Program-made: the position numbers and the translations under genes
Part shown: positions 18,701-26,974 of the stretch, in pieces
How positions within the stretch are numbered: position 1 is the first letter of the stretch
Layout: each line of letters starts with the position of its first letter
Origin: Candidatus Micrarchaeota archaeon
GTDB lineage: Archaea; Micrarchaeota; Micrarchaeia; Norongarragalinales; Norongarragalinaceae
Reading direction: 5' to 3'
Assembly: GCA_016188965.1 (NCBI GenBank)
Contig: JACPGT010000013.1
Location: 116,609 to 180,608 of the forward strand
Length of the DNA stretch: 64,000 nt
The notes under the pieces: generated by a model
Seen by the model: only the letters and a program-made list of their open reading frames with translations
Told to the model about the DNA's origin: nothing
The model's database searches: none

Positions 18701-21700
18701 TCAGCTCGACTTGCATGTGGCCCATCCATTCGGACACTGAACTTCCTTGGATGCCGCAGGCGGGGTCAAGGCGGGCGGTGAGCCGGTAGATGCCGCAGCC
18801 GTTGAACAGGATGCGGCCGGAGCCGGAGGATTGGACGACGACTTGGTTGATTTCGGGGAAGAACTGCGTCTTGATTTGTGATTCCCACTGCAGGGACTGC
18901 GCTAAGGTGTCATCGCCGGACAAGGCGCCTTCCGTCAATTGCAGGACCGTGGATTTCTGGAATTGCTTTCCGCTGTCGAGGGACTGGCAGAACGCCGAAA
19001 GGCCGGAAAGTTCGGTGGCTTGGCCGTTGTTGTTGATGCGTTGGTTGACCAGTTCGCGGAACGTGCTGGCGAACGAATAGACGGCGCGTTCGGCCTGGCC
19101 GCTGGTGCAGAAGAATTTCTTGCAAGTGCGGAAGTCCAGAAGGTTCTGGTACGCCTGCGTGCGGGCTTGCGCTTCGGTCTTGCGTTCCGCTTCCTTCTGT
19201 GCTGCGGACTTTTCCGGTTCCGGCGGATTCGCCGCGGCGGCTTCGGCCGCGGAAGGCGTCAGAGCCGGCGGCGCGTTGGCGGACGGCGCGTCGGCAAAGG
19301 CAAGCGTTTCGTAGGACGCGAGGCCCATCTGGCCTTTCTGCTTGGGCGTCGCCGTGCGGGGGTCGAAGAAAGGCACGGCTTTTCCGATGGGCGAGTACGG
19401 ATAGAGCGAAGAGGAGGGTCCGGGATTCCAGACGTGGACGTTGATCGTCTTGGTGGGGTTGAACGAATCGCCCAGAAAGTCGATGATGTAAGGGCCTTGT
19501 TTTCCTTGGCTTCCGGGGTTGGACACGCAGGAAAGCAGCATCACGTCGGCCGGCTTGATTTCCGCCCCGGTCTGCAGCTGGAAGGTCGTCTTGGACCCGC
19601 CTTCCACGCGCGTGCACGTCATGAGTCCGGCGCCTGCGCCCGAGATGGACTTGACGCGGACGGGCTTTTCCTCGTTGTTGACGATGGCGAAGAACAATTC
19701 GTGCCCGGCGCTCTTGAAGTACAGCTTGTCCGCGCCGGTGCCGCCGGCGATGCCGGCCAGTTCCGCCGTGTCGTAGTTGACCGATACGGCGTTCAAGTCG
19801 ACGAACTGCTTTTGATCCTGGTAGGCCTGGCAGTCCGACTCCTTGGCGTCGAAAATCATCTTGACGGGCAGGCGGTGTTTTTCGGATTCGGAAACGGGCT
19901 CGCCGTTGACGTCGTTGAACTTGAACGCGTACCGGCCTTCCATGGACGGCGGCACTTTGCTTGCCGAAATGCATTTGTCTTTCCAAAGCACGTCCGGCGG
20001 TAGGCTGAATTCAAGGGTGAAGGCGCGGCAGTTGGACTGGCCTTCCACGGACGGCTCGACCGCGAGGCGTTGGCGCTTGCCGTAGGCGCTGGGTTCCGAG
20101 AAGTAGGCGCGTTCGGAAGGCACCTTGGAATCCGTCGAATCGGCTCCGGCGATGGCTTGGAAGATGGGCTTGTGTTCAGCGGACACGGCTTGGGCCGGCT
20201 CGGACGTGACGGCGTCCAGGATGATGCTCTGTTTGCCGCTGTTGAACAGGCAGATTTCCTTCTTCTGGGTGAACAATTCCGGATTCTTGTTGCTGAACGT
20301 GATTTCCAGCACGCCCATCTTGCCGTCCTTGTCCAAAGCGGCAAAAACGTCTTCCGCCGTGATGGACACGTCGAGGCGGCCGGATCCTTTCTCGCATACG
20401 GGCAGGAAGGAAAGCGACGAGCCCTTGGGCATCAGAAGGCCGGAACCGGAGTACTGGGGCGGCATGGCGGCCTGGATCTTCTGGCCGTTTGGATGAAGCG
20501 TGATTTTCTTGGCGCTGCCCAACTGCGTCAACGAGCCGGATTTCGAGCCGAACGAGATCGGCGTCAGGACGCCCAGGTCCACGTCGGCCTGGTTTTCCTT
20601 GAAACTGGCCAGGACGCGCTGGGGCATGGATACCACCGATTTTTCGGCGAAGGACACCTTGGCTTCCTTCAGCGTGTCGGCGACGTCCTTTCCGGCAGCG
20701 TCCTTGAGGCACGCCGTCAGCTCGACGGCATCCGACGTGCGGATGCTTTTTTCCTCGGCGTCCGACGCGTCGCCTACGGTGAACTCGCTGTCGGTCGAAA
20801 AAACAATTTTCTTGACGGCCGGGCTATGGAACACTTCGGCCGTCCCCGAGCCGCCGCTGACGGAGAATACGAGGCGGGCCGAATCGTCGCAGGCCGGCAG
20901 GATGGCTTCGTACCCTTTCGCCGTCTTCTGTACCGCCGTTCCGGTCGGCAGGGTGAAAGCCACGGAGTCCGGAGGCGCGTACGTGAAGGAACACTTGGCC
21001 ACTGAAGCCGGGTCGTAGGGAATGCGGGCGTGGGCGCCTTTGAGGTAAGTCAAGGCGTTGTCGCGGGCTACGCGCAGCACGTTCTGGCTTAGTTGTTTGG
21101 ACACGCTAAGCGTCCAGGATGCCTCGACCACGGCGTCGTCGGAAAGCTTCAGCGCGTTGCGTCCGTCCTGCGTCTTGAATGCCTTGGGCGAAGGGCCATG
21201 CACGCTCAAGGCGTAGGACAGGGGCATGCGCAGTTCGAACGCCTCCTCGATGGGCAAATCCTTGACGGCACTGACGCGCGCACGGGAGACGAACAAGGAC
21301 GTGCCGGACGGCAGCATGAGCGTGCCTTTCTGAACGTCTAAAGCGGCGCCGTCGCCGAAAGCTAGGCGTTCGCCTCCGGGCAACTGGATGGCCTTGAGGT
21401 TCTGCAAGTGGGCATCGGACTGCGGTTTGGAAAGGTAAGACAACGAATTGGCGGCGTTGGGCGTCTTGGGCTGCACATTCTTGCGTTCGACCGTGCCGGG
21501 CAACAAGTCGAACTGCGCGTCGGTAGGAAGCTTGATCTCGACGGAGTCCGGCGGCAGCAGGTTCTGCAACGCATCGTAGTTGAAGGGAATACGGCGGAAC
21601 GTGACCGGCTGCAAAGGCGGCACGCGCACGCCGGCGGCGGAGAGCCGGGCGTTGCCCTGCGCCTGCGGCGTTTGCACGCCGGGCGGCAGGATGATCTGCG

Positions 21701-24700
21701 CGTTGTCCAGCGTGACGAGCATCTGTCCGGACGCGCCGAAGGGCTGGTAGTCGGCATCGGACGGCAGGTTGAGCGTCACGCCCAACGGGAACGAAATGGT
21801 CCAGCCGCCTTCCGGCAAGGCCTGCACGTAGCGGCGGTCCAGGACGAACGCCGTGCCTTGCGGCACCTGGGCGTCGATGGGTGTGACGGACGCGCCGGTG
21901 CCGAACCACAGCAATTCACGCGTAGGCAACAAGACCGACGTGCTGCCGTCCGGGTTGGACTTGCTGCGGGCGTTGGCCAGAAATTCCATGCGTACGTCCA
22001 CGGGCAACGTGAGGCGGTAGCCGTTGGGAGGCTGGCAGGCCAAGCTGGCGGTGGAGACGTCGAGGTTGACCGAAGCCGTCTTCTTCGAGGACAGGCCCTG
22101 GAACGAACCGTATACGGTCAGAGCGCCTTTTTTCTGCAGGTCTTCGCTGAAGCAGTCGATTTCACGCGGCAGGAAGGCCTTAATGGTGAACGCGTCCTGC
22201 GAGCCGGGCGGCAGAGTGAGCGACGCCGGCTGGATGGAAAGGCCCAGGGTCTGCTCGACGTTGAACACCATCGGGTACGCGCCCGTATTGGACACCGTCA
22301 TCTGGACGGACTGCGTCTTGTCCTTCGGCGGCTCCAGGTTGAACTGCAGCGCGTCCGGCGAGACGGACCACGACTCGTCGATGGCCGTCTGCGAAAACAC
22401 CGCGTCAACGGTGAACGGCACGTCGAACGACTCGGAGTAGCCTTTGCCGGACACGCGGACGTGCACCGTGCCCCGCACTTTTTCCTTCAATTGGCCCGCT
22501 TTCTTGGCGATTTCCAGGACGGATTCCTTGATGGCGGCCTTCAGGTCGAACGACGCCGTGCCGCTTGCGGCCAAGGACAGCGACGTCGTCGAAAGCGTCA
22601 CGTCGGTAATCTGGCCGCCGGCGTCCAGCGAAACGCTGATGGAGGCACGCAGCTTGTCGGCAAGCCGGTTGGACAATTGGACGGACGCCGAAGCGGGCTC
22701 CTTGGAATCCACGCTGATGACCAACGCTGGAGGCGTGATGTCAACGGCCTGCTCCGGCGGTTGCACGGCAATCGAGCCGGAAAACGGCCGGTAGCCGTCC
22801 TTCGTCACTTCGAACGAAATAGGCGCAAGCGAGTCAGGCTCAATCTCGTCCACGACGTAGACGCCGGACGCGTTGCCCGATTCGACGGCCTCCCGATCAT
22901 CGACGCTCACGCGGGCCCCCGTCACGGACTGGCCCAGCGTGTCCTTGACGGTGAACACCAATTTCGACACGCTCAAGGCCTCGACGCGGTCCGGACGCAC
23001 CGATACGACCAGCCCGGGCGTGCCCGGAGAAAAGACGCTCACGAAGGCCTCCGTCTCGAAGAGAACCGATCGGCCGTCCGAGACGTTGATCGACAACGGC
23101 GCGTCGGCTGACAGGCGGACGGCTTGGAACGAGAACTCGGCCGAACTGCGACCAGCGTCGGCCCGGATGCGGGCCGCCGAAGGCGTCAGGGATGCGACGC
23201 TGGAATTGCTGCGGCCGGAAAGAAGCACGATGGCCGGCGTGCCGGACGACACGCCAAGGACGCCGTCGGATGAGAGGCCGAAGACGTTGACGACCAACGA
23301 CGCCTTCTGTCCCCACGGCAGGTCGAGGCGCGAGCTCTTGCGTCCCTTGTACGAAAAATGCCACTGCACGCACACGTTTTCGGTGCACGTGCCGGAAAAC
23401 GAGACGGACAGGCGGGCGGATTCGGTCAGGCCTTCCGCCGGCGAACGCAGCGTCTCGACGGGAGTGAAGAAAGCCGAACGGTGGGAAAGCACGACGGTGC
23501 CGCTGGAAGGCGTCTTGAAACGCAAGCTAAACTGGCGCGAGCCGTTGAACGGCCCGTACTCGAACAGCACGCCGGTCGCTTCCTGGACTTCGACGGCCGC
23601 CGGCGCAAGCACCGTCACGAAGCCGGACAACTCGGGGTTGCGCATCGACTTGAACGAAAAGCCGCCCACTTTGTTGAACACGACCGAACGATTCTGGCCG
23701 TCGGGAATCGTGACGCTCTGACCGTCGTCGAAAACGATGAAATGCGTCACGTTGTCCTGGTTGACGAACCAGACGGACCCGCCTTGCGTCACTTCGAAAG
23801 AGGGCTGGGAAAAGCCATCCGGACCGATGTCGACGGGCGGCACGTCGGGCAACGCTCGGTTCTCCGCCGAGCCTTTCTTGGAAACCCGCGCGCCGACGCC
23901 TTGGCCACCCAGCACGGCCGCGCCTTCGAGGGCCACTTCACCTTCGGCTTTCGAGAACGAAACGCCGGGCGACACGATGGCGTAACGCGCCTCGTACTCG
24001 CTCAACGGCGAGAGGGAATGGACCTTGCGGCCGGAAACGTCGAAAACGCCGTCGAAACGCAGCCTCACGTTCTGCGCCACCTGGCTGGACGTCAGTTCGA
24101 ACGTCAACGGCGGCATGCCGGCATACACGGGCAGAGGGGAGGCATCCATCGACGAGTAGCCGTCCGCGCTGACGTGAAACTGCGCGTCCTCGCTTTCAAG
24201 GACGGCGATGGAACAGGCGCCTTTGGAATCCGTCTTGCACGACGCGTTGGACCACGAGACTTTGGCATTGGCAAGGCCGTTGCGCGAAAAATGGTCCACG
24301 ACGGACACTTTGACGCCCACCGACACGGGCGGGAACTGCAAGTCGACCTGCGTCTCGTTGGAGTCTGCATCGAGCGCGACGGAGCCGCTGGAAACCGAAC
24401 GCACGCCGTCGGATGCCACCACTTGGATGACGCGGAGCGGCACGTCGTCGAACACCTGCACGCCGTCCTCGCCCGTCAGCCGCACCGGCAAGCCCAACGG
24501 CTTGGACTTTTCGTCCAGAAGAAAGACGGACACGCGCGACGCGTCAGTGCCTCGGCGGTCCGTCACGTGCACGCGGACGCGGGTCGATTGGTTGTCGGAA
24601 TCTTCCAGCACGACCAACTGGTCCTTCTGGATGGACGGCACGTACTTCGGCAGGAAGCCGGCCTTGTAGACGGAGACGGCCAACGACGACGAATGCGACA

Positions 24701-25769
24701 CGTTGAAAATCGCGATTCCTTCCTCGGGGAACGACTCGCCGGCCAGCTTCGCACCCACATACAGCCGCACCAAGGGCGAATAGACGGCGTTGCCCGCAGA
24801 ATCCTTGACCGTGACGCGCACGCCGGAGAACGCCGGCGGCAACGCCGAAAGCGCCACGGACACCGTCTCATCCGGCCGCGTCACGTTGACGTCTTCCGAC
24901 GCTTCGGAAAAACCTTCGGCCGACACCACGACCCGGACAGAACCGCCCAGAGGCACGTCCAACGCCGGCGCCGAGCCGTCTTCCGACGTTTCCGCCGTCC
25001 TCAACAAGGCATCGGCCTGAAAGACGCGGACCGACGCGTTGGCCACCGGACCGCCGCCGACTTTGGCCTCGACCACGCGCACGTGAAGACGCGCGTCCGT
25101 CGCCTGGTCTTTCTTCATCGGCACCAGCATGACGTACCGGTTCGACTCGCCGACCTGCACGCGCTGCTCGTCCGGCGTGAAGCCCTCCTGCTCGGCCTTC
25201 ACGACGTACTCGGAATTCTTGGGAACCGAAAACGAGAACGACGTCTGCTTCGCCACTTGATCGATGACCTTGCCGTCCGCATCCGACAGCGTCAGCGTCG
25301 GCGCGTCCGCCGCCTGCACGTCCACCACCAAGCTGACGCCTTGCGCTTCCTGGAGGCTGGCCGACACGCTTTTGCGCGACGTCTGGCCCGCCTTGACCGT
25401 CAGGTCGAAATTCGGCTCGGAAAACACGGCGGACGACGAGAAGACGTTGACGTTGACTTTGCCTGCCGGCACTTGGTCGAAAGACGCCTTGCCTGACGCG
25501 TCGGTCGACGCCGACGCTTTGAAGGACCCGGAATCCGTCAGCGTGACGGACACGCCCGGCAAAGGCTCGCCGGCGAAACTGGACGCCGAAACGACGACCG
25601 AACCCGTCGATGGGCCTTGGTTGAAAAACACAAACGCTATGCCCGCGATCAAAAGCAGGGCAATGACAAGCAAGGCGGCCGGCGGAATGCCTTTTTCCTG
25701 CAAGGCGTCTGCCCAGCTGCGGAAAGGCAAGCCCTGCTCGTCCGACCACTCGAAAAACGATTCAAACAC
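15720..25769 (-). CDS. Giant (3349 aa) membrane-anchored surface protein with many CarboxypepD_reg-like/Ig-like beta-sandwich repeats and a large non-repetitive C-terminal half
   Basis: GTG start. N-terminal ...ALQEKGIPPAALLVIALLLIAGIAFVFF anchor. Repeats of the type GVSVTLTDSGSFKASASTDASGKASFDQVPAGKVNVNV. TATA-like CCCTTTTTATTCC about 40 nt upstream. Confidence 0.85.
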   Translation of the reverse strand: MFESFFEWSDEQGLPFRSWADALQEKGIPPAALLVIALLLIAGIAFVFFNQGPSTGSVVVSASSFAGEPLPGVSVTLTDSGSFKASASTDASGKASFDQVPAGKVNVNVFSSSAVFSEPNFDLTVKAGQTSRKSVSASLQEAQGVSLVVDVQAADAPTLTLSDADGKVIDQVAKQTSFSFSVPKNSEYVVKAEQEGFTPDEQRVQVGESNRYVMLVPMKKDQATDARLHVRVVEAKVGGGPVANASVRVFQADALLRTAETSEDGSAPALDVPLGGSVRVVVSAEGFSEASEDVNVTRPDETVSVALSALPPAFSGVRVTVKDSAGNAVYSPLVRLYVGAKLAGESFPEEGIAIFNVSHSSSLAVSVYKAGFLPKYVPSIQKDQLVVLEDSDNQSTRVRVHVTDRRGTDASRVSVFLLDEKSKPLGLPVRLTGEDGVQVFDDVPLRVIQVVASDGVRSVSSGSVALDADSNETQVDLQFPPVSVGVKVSVVDHFSRNGLANAKVSWSNASCKTDSKGACSIAVLESEDAQFHVSADGYSSMDASPLPVYAGMPPLTFELTSSQVAQNVRLRFDGVFDVSGRKVHSLSPLSEYEARYAIVSPGVSFSKAEGEVALEGAAVLGGQGVGARVSKKGSAENRALPDVPPVDIGPDGFSQPSFEVTQGGSVWFVNQDNVTHFIVFDDGQSVTIPDGQNRSVVFNKVGGFSFKSMRNPELSGFVTVLAPAAVEVQEATGVLFEYGPFNGSRQFSLRFKTPSSGTVVLSHRSAFFTPVETLRSPAEGLTESARLSVSFSGTCTENVCVQWHFSYKGRKSSRLDLPWGQKASLVVNVFGLSSDGVLGVSSGTPAIVLLSGRSNSSVASLTPSAARIRADAGRSSAEFSFQAVRLSADAPLSINVSDGRSVLFETEAFVSVFSPGTPGLVVSVRPDRVEALSVSKLVFTVKDTLGQSVTGARVSVDDREAVESGNASGVYVVDEIEPDSLAPISFEVTKDGYRPFSGSIAVQPPEQAVDITPPALVISVDSKEPASASVQLSNRLADKLRASISVSLDAGGQITDVTLSTTSLSLAASGTASFDLKAAIKESVLEIAKKAGQLKEKVRGTVHVRVSGKGYSESFDVPFTVDAVFSQTAIDESWSVSPDALQFNLEPPKDKTQSVQMTVSNTGAYPMVFNVEQTLGLSIQPASLTLPPGSQDAFTIKAFLPREIDCFSEDLQKKGALTVYGSFQGLSSKKTASVNLDVSTASLACQPPNGYRLTLPVDVRMEFLANARSKSNPDGSTSVLLPTRELLWFGTGASVTPIDAQVPQGTAFVLDRRYVQALPEGGWTISFPLGVTLNLPSDADYQPFGASGQMLVTLDNAQIILPPGVQTPQAQGNARLSAAGVRVPPLQPVTFRRIPFNYDALQNLLPPDSVEIKLPTDAQFDLLPGTVERKNVQPKTPNAANSLSYLSKPQSDAHLQNLKAIQLPGGERLAFGDGAALDVQKGTLMLPSGTSLFVSRARVSAVKDLPIEEAFELRMPLSYALSVHGPSPKAFKTQDGRNALKLSDDAVVEASWTLSVSKQLSQNVLRVARDNALTYLKGAHARIPYDPASVAKCSFTYAPPDSVAFTLPTGTAVQKTAKGYEAILPACDDSARLVFSVSGGSGTAEVFHSPAVKKIVFSTDSEFTVGDASDAEEKSIRTSDAVELTACLKDAAGKDVADTLKEAKVSFAEKSVVSMPQRVLASFKENQADVDLGVLTPISFGSKSGSLTQLGSAKKITLHPNGQKIQAAMPPQYSGSGLLMPKGSSLSFLPVCEKGSGRLDVSITAEDVFAALDKDGKMGVLEITFSNKNPELFTQKKEICLFNSGKQSIILDAVTSEPAQAVSAEHKPIFQAIAGADSTDSKVPSERAYFSEPSAYGKRQRLAVEPSVEGQSNCRAFTLEFSLPPDVLWKDKCISASKVPPSMEGRYAFKFNDVNGEPVSESEKHRLPVKMIFDAKESDCQAYQDQKQFVDLNAVSVNYDTAELAGIAGGTGADKLYFKSAGHELFFAIVNNEEKPVRVKSISGAGAGLMTCTRVEGGSKTTFQLQTGAEIKPADVMLLSCVSNPGSQGKQGPYIIDFLGDSFNPTKTINVHVWNPGPSSSLYPYSPIGKAVPFFDPRTATPKQKGQMGLASYETLAFADAPSANAPPALTPSAAEAAAANPPEPEKSAAQKEAERKTEAQARTQAYQNLLDFRTCKKFFCTSGQAERAVYSFASTFRELVNQRINNNGQATELSGLSAFCQSLDSGKQFQKSTVLQLTEGALSGDDTLAQSLQWESQIKTQFFPEINQVVVQSSGSGRILFNGCGIYRLTARLDPACGIQGSSVSEWMGHMQVELNVEKLQECPVNLANAALLTADTPVSYAGNQLGTGSVIGAVKQVFSWNTLNAVGGLAQSAVNSGDKGKVAAMLESVGRLRQGVLGTYGSDANDKDALAVKMTYASAFGANAKDAKIKYCNKPGFEDKPCPAIPYENANFCWRTGGPVLTKLGLTVTGLALLQAIAAANPASVTATGGSSFLVGVRSFITNYRLITAASGCGAGAVAEYFQGRSVLSCRALEACTSSVLAGMVEMANPFFGGWKPLAAEAQLLRATSTTTLGSTLTGTAMRSAVGSFALQSIVGGATVAYLENLAGPDVTATPPVVPITLVLRQGLSPNKVYSGGVAARSYMINLMPGESYRKNIQAATSSFAAQGFFGAQGRRTTEQAVRAFYDAGNGKPENAFSNALFHGMALLSPDDKKAAAALIGSKDPAKVKQGYAMVSTNLIKENPVAARQFFVENLGLAGPASLQGDALTARLRSTFSALMQSPEFGPQTFEVLKGSTNKIPAGVLTRCSGNPAGCMAELDRLNYFQTAANQEYLLEQLTGEKSKFLIVTSEKGSGAKFLIHSSNAMRTNLMGEALEPLEKEAGVLLRTKLSLPDTAPDADVVTALGKRTAAQNKVLLDQLKKESRYLQLIQSADVGTGLAPAINDIVKTGKFPNAAGETGAAIVKRFEDGALSFTDLSDAFRRQGVEIGASFGGVASVTEVGANRLDSTGFLKGAKTPAQKAKALADLQLYDRDGKPAKLTPSLLADAEATLADQQAAARKLLNADGRARLARGASAFAAFLSAFLFNTDFRPVQIQVSADSSGSHVIAVHTEKGKPSAESICIKGASGLCESGNVISVSKLCGNSGTCFRLLQWPDGQSQAYGLVVGFNDDALVDPRFIGSIFLPEEAPLLPADLQLLKLPPGSSIDYAPLPAVGFKEYQPAAENPKVTARQVQIQAAQALIDQVNTDGFKNSLSDADRRSIIALANQAIAAFRAGKDAEGAAKLSAADQALTRLLSKGQTGGSKP

Positions 25770-25922
25770 GGATTCTTTGACCCTAGTCTACGAGGGCAAG
25801 GGGGAATAAAAAGGGATGGCGGCTGCGGGCTTGAAAACCACAGGACGAAACCCGACACGGAGGCAAACGAAGCAGTAAAAAGGCCGGAAACAGAAAAAAC
25901 GTAAGAAGAAAAGGCAAACCGT

Positions 25923-26204
25923 ATGGACGTAAAAACCATCAAACGTAAAATAGCATCCATCCTCCAGCGGCACCACGTGAGCCGCGCAGGTGTGTTCGGA
26001 TCCGCTGCCCGTGACGAAATGCGCAACGACAGCGACGTAGACATACTGGTCCGATTCAAAAAAAACATCGGCCTGCTGGAATTCATCGCTCTCAAACTAC
26101 AGCTTGAAAAGGCGTTGGGATGCAAAGTCGACCTCGTGGAATACGACTCGCTCAAGCCGGCCCTCCGGGAAAAAGTCCTGGCTCAAGAGGTCCGCCTCGC
26201 ATGA
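25923..26204 (+). CDS. Minimal nucleotidyltransferase (MNT) antitoxin of a HepT/MNT pair
   Basis: GVFGSAARDEMRNDSDVDILV nucleotidyltransferase motif. The stop overlaps the HepT start (ATGA). Confidence 0.8.
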   Translation: MDVKTIKRKIASILQRHHVSRAGVFGSAARDEMRNDSDVDILVRFKKNIGLLEFIALKLQLEKALGCKVDLVEYDSLKPALREKVLAQEVRLA

Positions 26205-26560
26205 AGCGCGACATCGGAGTCTACCTCGACGACATCCTGGAGAGCATCCTGCTCATCCGCGAATACGTCCGAGGAATGGACCGGGACGACTTCAACGCCA
26301 ACATGCAGACGAAAGACGCCGTCTTGCGACGGCTTGAAATCATCGGCGAAGCCGTCAAAAACATCCCCGAATCCATCCGCGTCCAGCACCCCAAAATGCC
26401 TTGGAAGGAAATCGCCGGCATGCGCGACATCCTGATTCACGCGTATTTCGGCGTCAACATGGACCGCGTGTGGACCACCATCAACAAAAACATCAACGAA
26501 CTGGAAGCCACGATTTATAAAATCAAGATAACCGGTTCGAAAAAAAAGCCAAACCCGTGA
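26201..26560 (+). CDS. HepT (DUF86) RNase toxin
   Basis: MKRDIGVYLDDILESI... and the Rx4HxY motif (RDILIHAY). Confidence 0.8.
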   Translation: MKRDIGVYLDDILESILLIREYVRGMDRDDFNANMQTKDAVLRRLEIIGEAVKNIPESIRVQHPKMPWKEIAGMRDILIHAYFGVNMDRVWTTINKNINELEATIYKIKITGSKKKPNP

Positions 26561-26755
26561 CGACCTCGCGGTCACCTAACACGCCGAAAGAAAGCGAAGA
26601 CGCCAACGTCAGGGGCAGGTTAATCTTGCCGGAATGCATCCGCCCATCCGCGAAAAAGGCACCCGCCCTTCTCATCCGACCAACTCGAAGAAAGGCTCAA
26701 ACACTACGCTATAGCAAACCAAGAAAGTAACCCGACTCAATAGTCTTGGTTTCCG

Positions 26756-26912
26756 CACAAATTGTCCGGCAATTTGTGGGACATCACAAAACCGCTACGG
26801 TTTTGTGTGGCCTTGCGGAAGTATCCGCAAGACCCGCAAGTCTTGGAAAGACTTGCTAGGTGCTATCTAGCAAAGCTTGCCAAATAGTCGTGAAACATGC
26901 AAGCTTTGCTAT
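26756..26912. repeat. Five consecutive inverted repeats (hairpins) in a convergent intergenic region
   Basis: CACAAATTG-TCCGG-CAATTTGTG (26756-78); CACAAAACCG-CTA-CGGTTTTGTG (26785-807); TTGCGGA-AGTA-TCCGCAA (26813-30); GCAAGTCTT-GGA-AAGACTTGC (26836-56); CTAGCAAAGCTTGC...GCAAGCTTTGCTAT (26867-912). Confidence 0.7.
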
Positions 26913-26974
26913 AAACCCCCGTTCTACGAGGGAAGAAGGAAAAAAGGAGTGCGAATGAAATTGAAAATTCAAAA

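Noticed and set aside
15727-25809. Many long plus-strand ORFs (up to 712 aa, e.g. 21408..23111, 23358..25496) antisense to the 3349-aa gene
   Set aside because: They are Arg/Gly/Val-rich with no recognisable motifs and lie wholly inside a minus-strand ORF that has coherent repeat-domain structure. This is typical stop-codon depletion in 60 %-GC DNA.
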